Of a DNA stretch of 64,000 nt, positions 11,717 to 24,182 are shown in pieces. Made by a program: the position numbers and the translations under genes. Each line of letters opens with the position of its first letter. Position 1 is the first letter of the stretch. The notes beneath the pieces are model-generated. The model was not told the origin of the DNA and ran no database searches. It saw nothing but the letters and a program-made list of their open reading frames with translations. Source of the stretch: Camelus dromedarius (Eukaryota); contig NC_087436.1 in the NCBI RefSeq assembly GCF_036321535.1, positions 106,766,001 through 106,830,000 on the forward strand. The letters run 5' to 3'.

Positions 11717-14029
11717 GGGACTATGAAAGTAGTCAATATGAACAAGGAAGTTAAGAGCATTTAAAAAATAATTATTATGGCAGCCTATGGAAATGAGAGT
11801 AAATTGGGATGTGAGAATGGAAGAGGGTAATGGAAAGGATAAATGTTATACTCAATGGATTAGAAAGCTCAATGATATTGGAAAATTGTTGGAGTGGGAG
11901 TTCAAGAGAAAATGAATTAAAAAGGCAAATAGGTACTATTTGTAGAGAGAGTGACAAAAGAGGAGAGAGAGATATACAGGGAAATGCAGTTATTGGTATA
12001 AATCTCAGGATATGATCATATGAGAGGCTGAAGTGATGTGGAAGAAGATATTTCTGGTGAAGGACTTAGAAGATGTAAGAGTCTAGCATGTTGGCTAAAG
12101 CTGTTCTGCTCATGATGGGTGTCAGAAATGACAAAAGTAGTAGTAGGGGTATCTGAGGAATGTATATGTTAATCTACAAATGAGAAGGAAGGACTGAAAT
12201 GGTAAATGGCAACATCAAAAGTAGAAGTAGATGATGACATCTGACAACAGGCACTTCAAGGAATTTGGGGTCTTTGAAGGAACAAAAGGGTTTGAAAGAA
12301 GCAATGAGAAATTAGGAGGAAATAGACATGATATAAGGATCATGAGACCTGTAGAACTGGGAGAAATCTATCCTGTGGTTGAGAGATGTAGAGAAATAGA
12401 GTTCTCAGGGGATATCTATACTTCAGTTAGAGAAAGAAAAGGAAGGGAGCAATCAGAGAAAACTTTGAGAATAACTGCAAGATAGTTTGTTGATGTGTAT
12501 TGCCATTGCCAATGAGCAATAAAAGGGGGTTTGGGAGGGCATGGAGATGCATTTGGATTTAGGGACAGAGAAACTAGGATGGAAATGAGCTTCTGGGTGA
12601 AGAATTTTGGAGTACCGGAGAGAGGATGGAGAGCCATACATTATGGGATTCCTGGATAATCAGCACTTGGAAGACTTCAGTACTGATGAATCTGACCTAG
12701 AGAGAAAACTGATTCCCCTGTGCTTGAGTGTAGACTGCTTGGTTAATCCAGACTACTATTCTTACTCATCTCTAGTGTATTGTAGCAGTCAAAACACGCA
12801 GGGTTGGAGGAACCACATGTCTAACTTTATATTTTCAGATGGAGTTACCTCCATGATGATAGATAAAGAATGATATCCTTGCCTTTTATTCCTTCTTTAT
12901 ATCTTCAGCATTTCCCATGAAATAGCAATAGTCATCAGTCAGTACAAAATTCCTTATCAAGTAAGATACTCCTGTCAATGATTGAAATACTATGGAGTTG
13001 TTCTCCTTTCTTCCCTATTGCTCCAAAATATCATAAAGCATCATTTTTAAGCATGCATATGTATTCTGTAGGCTCTATCCCTCAGCTAGGCTAACCCTAC
13101 ATCTAAACCCAGCAATGATATGGAACAATGAGCATGGAACAGAGAGCCACAGAACCCTATTTGTTTGCAAACCTCAGCCAAACCCTTCAATCTAGTTTTT
13201 TTAAATCAATAATGAAGCTAATAATTTGATTCCCATCAAGTTTGTCTATCTATTAATTGGTTCCAAATGTTAGTGAGAAATAGACTTGCTATGCGTTGTT
13301 CCTCTAAAACCCCAACATGTATAATAGAAGACTTGGGTCCTTGCTCAAGAACGGAGATGTTGTGATAATTTAGCATATGTACCCTAGGGCACTGTTTACA
13401 CAGTTGAGGGAAAGGACTGAGAAACAGATTCAGAGAAATAAGCATGTACTTGACAAACAGTAGGTATTTAATATTTATACATTTTTCCTTCCTTCTTATT
13501 GCACGAAAAGCTTTTGTATCAATTGTAGCTGGTAACTGTTCAGTAGCTGATGATCCTAGGTATTAAGAATGCCAAAGACTTGGGAATCATCATGTGAATT
13601 GGCAGCCAAAGCTGAGTAGACTTGCTACTTCTTCTGACATAATGAGAGTTATCATGGAGCTTTCTTTTCATGGCAGTAGAAATGGGGTTGGAGTCTACAT
13701 GCCAATAACTAAGTGTCAAATATTTAACTGACTGTACAACTGACTGAGGAGGACAGAACTGACTGCCTCATGCTAACTAGTTTATATGAGTTGGTCAGGT
13801 TTTCTCATACTCAGAAAGAAATTTGTAGAGAACCTTTGAAAATTACACCTTCCAAATAAAGACAGAGTCAGCTAGATAACATGCTTCTTTCCTTGAGGTC
13901 ACCTATATGCACTGGTGCTAATCTCAGCCTGGAATTGCCTATAATGAAATCCTTCTACTGCCAAGCTATGATGCATGAGATAGTACAACAGCTCCACTTA
14001 GATGAGCACAGATGAAAATCCGGAGAAAG

Positions 14030-14150
14030 TCTTGACATGTTCAGTCTCTGGCTCCAGTCATCCCTGAGAACAGCACAATCCTTGCCCTGCTGCAGTTTGG
14101 TTATAAGAACCAATAAATTTCTTTCTTTGATAGATTTATTCAAATCTGGA
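14030..14150 (+). mobile_element. MaLR LTR 3' fragment (MLT1J/K-like)
   Basis: CTCTGGCTCCAGTCATCCCTGAG...TTATAAGAACCAATAAATTTC. Confidence 0.45.
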
Positions 14151-14847
14151 TATTTTCTGATTTGCAATGGTATGTTCTCTAGTAATACAGAAAGGTTCCA
14201 TTCCTCCTTTTTCATTTCTGCTCTATTTGGCTTGTCACTATTTTCTAAATGTTCTGAGGAATAGATACTAATTTGTAAGAATATTACAAAATCCATGATG
14301 TAATAAAAAAAAAATAGAGAAAAAGGAGGTTCTGACCCCAGGAAGCCCTAAACTTCAATTTGACTAAGGAATATCAAATGTAAGGAAATGTGTCAGGGCC
14401 AAAATTGTCTTCTGGTCTGCTGGACCAGATATGCTGATCTGCTGGAAATTCAGCATTAGTTTGTTGTCAGTATTTGTATAGATTGATCAATCTGGATATT
14501 AAAACTCCAAACTCAACTTGTATTATCTAAGACTACATATAAATTGTAGGCTAGATAATTTGTACAGGAAAGGAATTTGCATAGGATTACAAGAATGTTC
14601 ACAAAAGTGTGTTTAGAATAGGATGAAAGCCAGAACTGCTTCAGGGATCTCGATAATATTGACTAACAATCTCCTCATGATAGATGGGATGAATCGGCTC
14701 TCTCTCTCTCTCTCTTTTTGGTTATTATCTTACCCTGCCCAAGATTTAATGTCCACAGAAGTTTGGATACCTCACTCACCCTTGCTATGTTGATTTACCT
14801 ATAATTCCTCCAAGACCAACCACACTAATGATGAAGAGATAATTCCT

Positions 14848-15093
14848 AAAAGAAGAAAAAAGAAAGAAAGAAGGAGAGAAAAAAAGAAAGAAAGAAATTA
14901 AGGAGGGAAGGAAGGAGGGAGGGAGAGATGGAAGAAAGGAAAGGAAGGAGGGAGAGAGAGAAAGAGAGAGATAGAGAAAGAAAAAGGAAGGAAGGAAGGA
15001 AGGAAGGAAGGAAGGAAGGAAGGAAGAAAGAAAGGAAGAAAGGAAGGAAGAAAGAAAGGAAGAAAGAAAGGAAGAAAGAAAGGAAGAAAGAAA

Positions 15094-15146
<53 letters not shown>

Positions 15147-15214
15147 GAAGAAAGAAAGAAAGAAAAGAAAGGAAGGAAGGAAGGAAGGAAGAAAGGAAGA
15201 AAGAAAGGAAGAAA

Positions 15215-15295
<81 letters not shown>

Positions 15296-15347
15296 AAAAG
15301 AAAAGGAAGGAAGGAAGGAAGAAAGAAAGGAAGGAGGAAGAAAGAAA

Positions 15348-15437
<90 letters not shown>

Positions 15438-15484
15438 AAAGAAAGGAAGAAAGGAAGGAAGAAAGAAAGGAAGAAAGAAAGAAA

Positions 15485-15556
<72 letters not shown>

Positions 15557-15653
15557 GAAGAAAAAGAAAGAAAGAAAAGAAAGGAAGGAAGGAAGGAAGG
15601 AAGGAAGGGAGGGAGGGAGGGAGGAAGAAAGGAATGAAGAAAGAAAGAGGAAA
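14848..15653. repeat. Compound (GAAA)n/(GGAA)n polypurine tract, about 800 bp
   Basis: Directly visible; only A and G between 14973 and 15634. Confidence 0.98.
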
Positions 15654-15719
15654 GTGTATTTGAATGCTATTAAAAACCCAATAAGGAATGAGCACTAGGA
15701 CACCGAACAATAACATGCT

Positions 15720-16110
15720 AGTCGGTTTTGAGTGAAAATAACTCAGCACAACTCAATATTGAATTGTTCCAGTTACCTATTTCTTCAAAGAATTTCACAT
15801 CCAGTCTCTTTCTGGACTCTGCATGTAGTTTGGGCTTCCTCACAGCATGGTGACTTGAAAACAGCCAGCTGCTATTATGGCTTCTCAGAGCTCTGAAAGC
15901 GAGTGTCCCAAGAGAATCAGGCAGAACCTATGTTGCTCCCATGCCCAGCTTCAGAAGTCTTGTAGCATCATTTCTGCTATAGTCACAAGCCCACACATAT
16001 TCAAGGACAGAGGTCTGAGACTCTGCCTCTCAATAAAAGGATTGTCAAATCCACACTGAAAGAGGAGCATATGTGTTGGGAGATATTGCTAAAAATACAA
16101 TTTGCTACAA
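15720..16110 (-). mobile_element. MaLR LTR (MLT1G/H/I-like)
   Basis: TTGGGCTTCCTCACAGCATGGTGAC...CTTCAGAAGTCTTGTAGCATCATTTCTGCTAT resembles reverse MLT1. Confidence 0.7.
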
Positions 16111-16699
16111 GTATGGACCCCGAACACACTAATCTCACTATAAGAAGCCTGGTGATGTTTTGAAGTTCTCATACTGATTGCCTCCTCCCCTTCCTCCCTG
16201 TCCCCCATGTTTAGGGCCTAAACATAATAAATCCTAGTGCAACCCACTAAGTGACATATTTAATACACTTTACAGAAGAAAAGTAAAGTTGTGAATGAAG
16301 TAAAATCATTTCCAACAAATGTTTTTTTACAAGTTTTATGAATATGAAGAATATTAATCATATAGAACTATTTTTAAATACCTCAGCCATAAAAGTAATC
16401 AGTTCTTTTTTGAGGAAATGTTCAAAGACCTTTCCATTTGGGTAGAGGGCAATCATGATAGAAAGTGTGTTTACAAGGACCAGCTATTTGCTGAGCACTA
16501 TTCTTGGTGATGGGAATATAGCAGGGAAAAAAACATATTAAAAAAAAATTTCTGCCACTATGGAGGTTACCTGAAAATATTATTCACTTGGGAAAAGGAC
16601 ACTGCCTGGTAAATGTGTATGTATTCAGTTTCTTCCACCACTATTGGGTGAGCTCCGCCCACCCCCCACCTCCCCACAAGGGCAGGAGCTATGTCATAT

Positions 16700-16770
16700 T
16701 CACTACTGCAGTACCAGGGTCCAGCACAGTACCTGGAGAAAGCAAGTTTCAATAAATATTTGTTGAACTA
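16700..16770 (+). mobile_element. L2 3' terminus
   Basis: CCAGCACAGTACCTGG...TCAATAAATATTTGTTGAA. Confidence 0.65.
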
Positions 16771-17399
16771 ACATTCAGATATGAAGAAATTCAGGCCAGC
16801 TATTTAAAGGAAAGGGCTTTCCTGAGAAAGGAGTCAGCATGCCCTCTTAAAGGATTTGCACTAGACTAGCTTGAGGAGATTGCTGAACTCCATCGTTAAC
16901 AATAAAGGTTTGACAAAATGCAGGGGAGGAGGAGGGGGACTGATTCTCAGTGACTGTCTCAGTAAGAGAAGGGTAAAGAAATCCGTACGATTTCTTAAAC
17001 TTTGGAATTCCCTTGTGTTTGTTATGCTTACTTTTCTGTATTTCTCTGGGGTGATTAATAGTAATATTTTAAAATGTTGTGTGCACTTGTCTTTGGGGAC
17101 TGGAAGAAGGAGGAGGGAGCCCGGGAGACCGTTACTCTCTGCAAGGAAGCTTGAGGGAAGAGCATCCTCGAGGGACAGAGTTGGTGTTTGCATCTTTAGA
17201 GAGTTGGGAGTAGGTGGAGTCCCTGGGGCTGCACCAAGGGAAGACAGGACCGCAGCAAGCCTGGGCTGCAGAGGGTTCAGAAACTCAAGAGTGCAAAAAC
17301 CTTCATGGTTACTTGACTCAGCCTTGCCCATTTTTTTCTAGTATAGAATTAAAGACAAATTAATGTTATTCTAATGCTTTCACTTCTGTGTTCTCTATG

Positions 17400-18131
17400 T
17401 CAGTTAAATATACCATCCACACTAGAAATCCTTCTGAAGCCCCAACCTGCTTTTCTCCTCCTTCGTTTATAATCATTCACCTAGTCCTGTCATTTTTGCC
17501 TGTAAATGATTTTCAAATCAGTCCTTCTTTTTTCCATCTTCACTACTCTTGCTTGTGCTCAAACCTGGATCACTGTAGCTGCCCCCTAATTGGTTCAACA
17601 TGAGAATCCTGCATTCCATTTCACACTACTTTTTTTTTCTTAAAAGCAAACTTGATTACATCCTTCTCTGCTTAATTCTCTGCTTTGTAGGCCTACTACC
17701 CTCAAGACATAGACCCAAACTTTAGCATATATGGGCCTCTGCTCTCCATTTTTAGAATCATTTATTGTACCTCCTTTCCAAGTGCCTCCTACACTCCAGC
17801 CATGTGGGTTGGCTAGCTGAAGCCTTACTATTCCAAGTGATTGACTCCTATATCTTTGCACATAATGCTGGAATGTACTTTCTTTTCTCTCCAACAGGTA
17901 GATTCCTTCTCAACTTTCAAGACCTAGATAACATATCACTTCTAATCAGTGAAGCCTTTTTTCACCGCCACCAGGCCCTATGTGTATTTTCTTGTTGTGG
18001 ATGAGTTTCCTACCTAGATTGTGACTTCTTTGAGAGGAAGGATTTCTTGTTAATCCACACAGTATCACAAGGGCCTAGCACAGCACCTCTTGTAAAATTG
18101 GTAAATAACACATGAAGTGAATTAATGAATG
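17400..18131 (+). mobile_element. L2 LINE 3' portion
   Basis: Pyrimidine-rich; CTAGATTGTGACTTCTTTGAGAGGAAGG...CCTAGCACAG...GAATTAATGAATG is the L2 3' end. Confidence 0.75.
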
Positions 18132-18616
18132 CAAGTGACATGGCTAGTTTAGGTCCTCAGCGATGTGATGCTAGGAAAAAAGACAGAAATACAAGTCTAG
18201 GTTGATGTGGAAGTGTCATCCCTATAACATGTCACTGATTGTACCTAAAATTCTGCCTTTTTGTTGCCCAAGGGTATAAAGAAATTAAACCAGGAAATGC
18301 CAGTACAGCTCAGTCTCTGGACAGCTAGAAAGTTTCAGCTTTATAAAGGGTATGCAATTCTGTTCTTGGATGAAGGAAAAACACCAGTTTCGAACAAAGT
18401 AGGTTTATAGGACAGTACATAGGGCTGCACCTGAAGGGGAGGGCTCACTTTTTATTCTTGGCAAAAGCACTTACTTCCAGGTGCCCTGTGTGGGGTCAGC
18501 TTATGTTCTTCTAGCAGTAATGACTTCAGCCAAGCAATATATTCCAAAGAGGTAGGTAATTCTTCTTGCATATTAGTGCAAGAACAAAAATTTACTAATG
18601 ATCTTGAAACAGCCAG

Positions 18617-18986
18617 TATCTTAATCTGCTCAAGCTACTAAAGCAAAATATCACAGACTGGGTGGCTAAAATAACAGAAAAAGATTTCTAATAGTTCAGT
18701 GCTAGGAAATCCAAGATCAAGGTGTCTGCAGATTCAGTGTCTGTTGCGGGCCTGCTTCCTTGTTTGTAGACAGATGTCTTCTCTCAGTGCGTGCTTCTGG
18801 AGAGAAAGAGAGAGACAGAGACAGTGACAGAGACAGAGACAGAGCCCTAATGTCTCTTCTCCTTCCTAGAAGGGCACAACCCTCATGACTTCATCTAAAC
18901 TTAATTACCTCCCACCTCCAAATACCACCACATTGGGGGTTACAGCTTCAATATGAATTTTGGGGGGACACATTCAATCCATAACA
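18617..18986 (-). mobile_element. MaLR solo LTR (MLT1A/A0-like)
   Basis: CACAGACTGGGTGGCT...TCCAAGATCAAGGTGTCTGCAGATTCAGTGTCTG...CTTCAATATGAATTTTGGGGGGACACATTCAATCCATAACA. Confidence 0.9.
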
Positions 18987-19054
18987 GCTAACTAGGAATG
19001 ACCCCAAAACAACAGCAATAATGAATACTATAAAATACAAAATACTATCAGTGT

Positions 19055-19299
19055 AGTAGTAGAGGTTTACTGAATGTTTAATATGTGGCAGTCACAATTT
19101 TAGGTGTTTTTATGTATGTTGGTTCATCAAACCTCCACTTGATCCCATGAGTAGGTGCTATTATCATCCTCATTTTAAAGATTAAGAAATAAAAGTACAG
19201 AAAGCTTCAGTAACTAGTCTACTATCACTTGAATAATTAGTAGAGGTGGAAATCAAACTCGGTCTGACTCTGAAGCTCACAGTTTTAACCATAATGCTG
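19055..19299 (-). mobile_element. Near full-length MIR SINE
   Basis: TTTACTGAATGTTTAATATGTGGCAG...GTAGGTGCTATTATCATCCTCATTTTAAAGAT...GTCTGACTCTGAAGCTCACAGTTTTAACCATAATGCTG. Confidence 0.85.
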
Positions 19300-20106
19300 A
19301 ATTTAGGATGAGGAAACACTCACGGATATTTTCTAATTTAATGATTTTTAACATTTTTGCAAACATGGAAACATTTTCCCAAAATATATTATTTTTTAAA
19401 ATGTTAGTATATAAAACAGATACAAGCTGAACTAGACTTTTATTCCTAGCTATATTGTGAGCTAGGTACTCTGAATACATTTCTTTTACAAAAAATGGAA
19501 ATTAAAAAAATTTTTTAATGTATATGTTAGTACTCAGTAAGATAGAAGAAGTTCTCAATGGACAGGAAAAAGTAAACAGAAATACAATATAATATAAAAT
19601 GGAGGATTTTGTAAAAGCATTTGTAGATTCCCAGTAAGCTACAGCTTTTCTTTTAGCAATCTTGTGGAGAAGAGGAGAAAGGGTCTTGCAGAGTCACAAC
19701 ATTCACCCTTAAAGCTGGGATTCATGACAGGACACTCCCTCAGGAAAAAAATAAAAGATGATTTAGAAAAATATACTCCATCTGAGGGGAAAAGGCAAAG
19801 AGACTTGTCAATTCGAGCCTTGAGTCTTAGGTGAGATAAAATTTTTAAAGTTTACTTTGAAAGTTCTTAAATACATATTAGCTTCTACACAAGATGAGAA
19901 TTAAGACCTGCAGTACCTAAAAGTCCTGAGTCAAGAAATGTAAAATATTCCTGGGCTAGTGTTCCCTCAAGGGTCTGGCAGAAGCAAATGCAAATCCTCT
20001 CTCAATGAATGCATTCTCAGCACAGATGTTATAGAATTCCATAGGAAAAACTCCAAAGGAATATAAAATTACAGAAAAATTAAAAAGAAACGCATGAAGA
20101 AATCAG

Positions 20107-22047
20107 GCATGTGATTCCTGGTCAAACATAAAGATCTTCGAAGTTATCCCTCCTGTTGTCATGAGCAAAAAGCTGAACAAAATGAAAATCAACCACTTTC
20201 CTTAGATCCATCAGGTAGTTGAAGTCACAGAGCAAACTGGTATCCTAAAAACTAGAGAGAGAATTAGATACTAAAAATCATATTACCTTTTGCTTACCTA
20301 GAACATAGGCCTGCCTCTGGAGCCAGTACTCATAAGTGCACCTAAAATGTGATTGATGAATTTCCAGAGGCTAAGTGTGGACTAGCTTCAGAGTTAAGAG
20401 CTGCTGGGGCCTGGCCTTTGTGGGGGGACCGCACACTTCTGTGAGTTTTACCTCCTGGAGCTCTACCACCTTCACCTCAGAGTGAAGATGGGAGAAAACT
20501 CCCCTCACACTCTGGTGGGGAAAGAGAAAGTAACCATTTTGAAACACAGCCAGAGCATCCTCTTCTCCTCAACTAAGGAGTTCGCTCAATCCTCAAAAGA
20601 CACCATTTTTACCATAACCTAACCTAACCAACCTGAATTTTACCAGGACCTAATTGCCCTGGAGGAAGAGGAATATTTAACTTCAACCCCCTCTGGCCTT
20701 CCTGTGTAACCTAAGAGAGAGGAAAAAAAAGCTGAAAACCACTTTGAGAATCACAGCCAAGGGGCATATGCTCACTAAAAGCAGATAGTTAATTATTGGA
20801 TTACAGAATGCTTCCCCTCTTTCCACACCTTACCACCACATCAGTCAGCCTTCTCCATAATAACAGCATATTTCAACTAAATTAACTGGATGCCTCAGAT
20901 CCTATTTAAGAAGGAGTCTCTGGGTAAGCCCAGTAACATCATATGAGTCAAAAATAAGAACAATAGAGAAAATTTTAAATTCTGACACCTACAGCTAAGG
21001 CGAATAGTAAGGAGACTAATTCCCAGACAAACAGACACAAAGACCTCACACTAAAGGCCTACTTACTCAGTTCCTTTTATGTGATATATCACTTCTAGGT
21101 TTCTACTGAAAAAATTGCGAGGCATAACAAAAGGCTAAAAACACAGTTTTAAAAAAATGAAGCATGCATCAAAATCAAACTCAGATATAATAGAGATTTT
21201 GGAATTATCAGATGAGAAATTTAAAATAACTTTGATTAAAATGCTAAGGACTCTGAGGTAAAGGGGGTGGGAAGGGACAAATCTGAGAGTTTGAGATTTG
21301 CAAAGGTTAACCACTATATATAAAAATAGATAAAAAGAAATTTCTTCTGTATAGCACAGGGAACTATATTCAATATCTTATAATAACCTTTAATGAAAAA
21401 GAATATGAAAATGAATATATGTATACATATGCATGACTGAGACATTGTGTTGTACACCAAAAATTGGCACATTGTAACTGACTGTACTTCAATTCAAAAA
21501 ATGCTAAGGACTGTAATGGAGAGGCACACAACATACAGGAACAGATGGCAATGTAAACAGAGATTTTAAAACTCTAAGCAAGAATCCAAAGGAAATGCTA
21601 GAAATCAAAAACACTAACAGAAAAAAAGAACATTTCTGATGAGCTCATCAACAGAATGGACATGGTTGAGGAAAGAATCAGTGAACTTGAAGATATATCT
21701 GTAGGAACTTCCAAAACTGAAATACAAACTGAAAAAAATAATTTTGAAACATGGAACAGACTAAGAACTGAGGCACTATTCCAGGAGGTAGAATGTGTGT
21801 GTATCGGAATACCAGGAGGAGAAGAAAGAAAGAAAATCAGAAGAAATTTTTGAAGTAATAATAGCTGAGAATTTCCCAAAATTTATATAGACACGAAATC
21901 ACAAGGATCTAGGGAGCTCAGAGTACACCAAGTAGGATAAATACTCAAAAAATAAAATAATTTTGTTTAAGCTACACCAAGGAGTATCATATTCAAATTG
22001 AAGAAAATTAAACACAAAGATAAAATCTTGCAGGGAACCAGAGAAAA
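20107..22047 (+). mobile_element. L1 (L1M4/L1MD-like) 5'UTR plus ORF1 fragment
   Basis: ORF1p coiled-coil remnant MDMVEERISELED and IGIPGGEE motif (ORF 21656-21853); GAATTTCCCAAAATT...CATATTCAAATTG...AAAATCTTG typical of ORF1. Confidence 0.8.
21253..21497 (+). mobile_element. 5'-truncated camelid-type L1 3'UTR
   Basis: GGGGTGGGAAGGGACAAA...TGTATAGCACAGGGAACTATATTCAATATC...TACTTCAATTCAAAAA; 15-bp TSD AAAATGCTAAGGACT (21238-21252/21498-21512). Confidence 0.93.
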
Positions 22048-22309
22048 AAGAAATCAGACGAAATGGAGGTCAGCACAAAAATCTCAGATAAGCAGACTCA
22101 GATAAGCAAAGACTTCAGATCTTATAGCAGAATGAATGCTAAACATATCACAGGTATATTAAAATATGCAATGTTAAATGTATTAAATATATATTATGTA
22201 TTTAAGGAGATTAAATAGAATCAAACTGATTAAGCAGATATTGAAAAATAATTTGATATAACTCTACAAATAAGAATAAAGGAGCTGAGATTAAAAAAAA
22301 TAAAACTCT

Positions 22310-22719
22310 TGTATCAAGGTTCTTCAGAATTATAGAATCAGTAGGATAGGATGTAGATATATGTATGTATATATATTGATTTGAAAGAATGGCTTACACA
22401 ATTGTGGAGATTGGCAAGCCCAAAATCTGCTGAGTGAGCCAGCAGTCTGGAGATCAGGGAAGGGCTGATGTTGCAGTTCAAGTCCTAAGTCCATCTCCTG
22501 GCAGAATTCCTTTTTGTTCCAGGAAAGTCAGTCTTTTGTCCTATTCAGGTCTTCAGCTGATTGGATGAGTCTCACTCAACTACAAGAACAATGTGCTTTA
22601 TTCGAAGTTCACTGATTTCAATGTTAATCTCATTCAAAAACAGCCTCCCAGAAATCTCAAGAGTATTTGACCTGGGCACTGTGGCCCAGCCAAGTTGACA
22701 CATAATATTCACCATCACA
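22310..22719 (-). mobile_element. ERVL solo LTR (MLT2-like)
   Basis: TG...CA termini; GGCCCAGCCAAGTTGACACATAATATTCACCATCACA; perfect 5-bp TSD ACTCT (22305-22309/22720-22724). Confidence 0.92.
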
Positions 22720-22731
22720 ACTCTGTATGAA

Positions 22732-23241
22732 TGTGGTAGATTGCATAACTAGCTAATTTTTCAGTCTTCCTATATTAATACCATTTGTCTTCCATATATT
22801 AATACCATTTGTTACAGGACTTAGGCTGAGGTATATTTTCTTCCATCTTAACTATGTCTTCAGTCACAGTAATACTAGCTAATATTCTAAGGTGGAGGTG
22901 AGGAGGGCCAGTTCTGAATTCAGGCCTTATGAGGTTTTTCATGTTTCCTTTGGCCTTCCTTTGTCCCTGTCATCATCATTAGAAGAATAGGTCAGGAATG
23001 AGAACCAGATGGTACCAGAGTCGTGGCAATCAAGTTTTTCCTAGCCAAGCTAAGCCTAAATCTACCCACCCTCAACAATCCACATATTATCTTGGATTAA
23101 CAGAGTTTTGAGCTGAGTTCAGCCTCCATCAGCCGATCTCCAGACACCCATAGACCTGTGGGTGGCAGTAAACTGTCATTGGTAATGCTACTGAGTTTTG
23201 GGTTGTTTTTAATGTAATAAATTAACTAGTTAACAAATACA
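22732..23241 (+). mobile_element. MaLR solo LTR (MLT1G/H-like)
   Basis: Starts TGTGGTAGATTGCA, ends CTACTGAGTTTTGGGTTGTTT...AACAAATACA; near-TSD ATGAA/ATGAG. Confidence 0.75.
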
Positions 23242-24182
23242 ATGAGTTAAACACAACTGAAAAGATAATTAGTGAGTTAGAAGATGAATTCGAGTAACAC
23301 ATTTGAAATGTAGTAAAAAAAAAAGCAAAAATATAAAAGGAGGGTTGAAACTATGAGAGAATGAGATGGTCAATAAATGACAATTTGAATCTGCAGATGA
23401 TAGAGTAAATTGTAGTAAAGAATTAGTTCCAAAATATGTAAAAGCTTCCTAAAAATCAACATAAAAAAATAAAAAAAAGCACTTAGGAAAAAAATAATCA
23501 AAAGGCCAGAATAGGAATTTCATAGGAGAGCAATTTCAAGTAGCCAGTAAATATATGAATTTATCTATTAGTCATCAGGGAATTGCAAATTGCAAGAATG
23601 ATGATGTACAGAGGTCTGGAACTAGCCTGAGCTGTTTTACTAAAATAAAAATGTGTCAGTACAACATTGATTCTCAGACAAGGTATGAAACATACTGATT
23701 AATAATGTTGCTTTTTTTTTTTTAATCATGGGTCCAAGGAGTTTTGGGTGATTTATACGAGCTTGTCATCATTGTTTATTAATAACAAGGCCACTGAGAT
23801 TTGTACTTGGTTTTGGTGAGGACCCTGAAGGGCTCTGCCATTGGGATTGTTATGCACAGAAGCTGTACCTATCTGATCAAGAAGGTACTGGGATGAAACA
23901 CTCTTTGGGCTCCCTTTTTCTGAGGTGTGCCATGCACAGGTTTGTGGTTCCCACCTGAGAGAAAAAGTGCATTTGTTATGACCCTTACAGACAGAGGACA
24001 ATCGGAATCCATGCCTCCATGCCTGTCTTCCCCAGACTTTTCTTTTTTTTCCTTGTTTTTTTTTTTTTTGGAGGTAGAAATATTTCCCTTTTTTTTTTTA
24101 AGACCACAGAGTTAGTTGTTAATATAGTTATAGTGAAGCCACCTTTAAAAGCATATATATTTTTTTCAGGTTTCTGATAACT

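Larger units (their letters stand above)
9225..12660 (-). mobile_element. Long L2 LINE relic interrupted by MLT1 and L1 insertions
   Basis: GTCCTTGCCTTCAAAGTGCTTACATTC (3' region), TTTTGGTCATGTGGAATTTGAGATGCATTTTAAACATTCAAAGGAGATG (9596); purine-rich L2-like sequence continues after 11720. Confidence 0.7.
19430..23440 (+). mobile_element. Old HAL1/L1ME-like 5'/ORF1 relic hosting several later insertions
   Basis: GGCAGAAGCAAATGCAAATCCTCTCT (19977) and ORF1-like GAGTTAAACACAACTGAAAAGATAATTAGTGAGTTAGAAGA (23244); A-rich + strand. Confidence 0.5.

Noticed and set aside
14898..15749. Longest ORFs (283 aa minus, 256 aa plus)
   Set aside because: They are translations of the (GAAA)n/(GGAA)n tract (FLSF and KKER repeats), which lacks stop codons by composition.
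16861..17341. Overlapping 156-aa ORFs on both strands
   Set aside because: No recognisable domain, no clear exon boundaries; consistent with chance in a moderately GC-rich patch.
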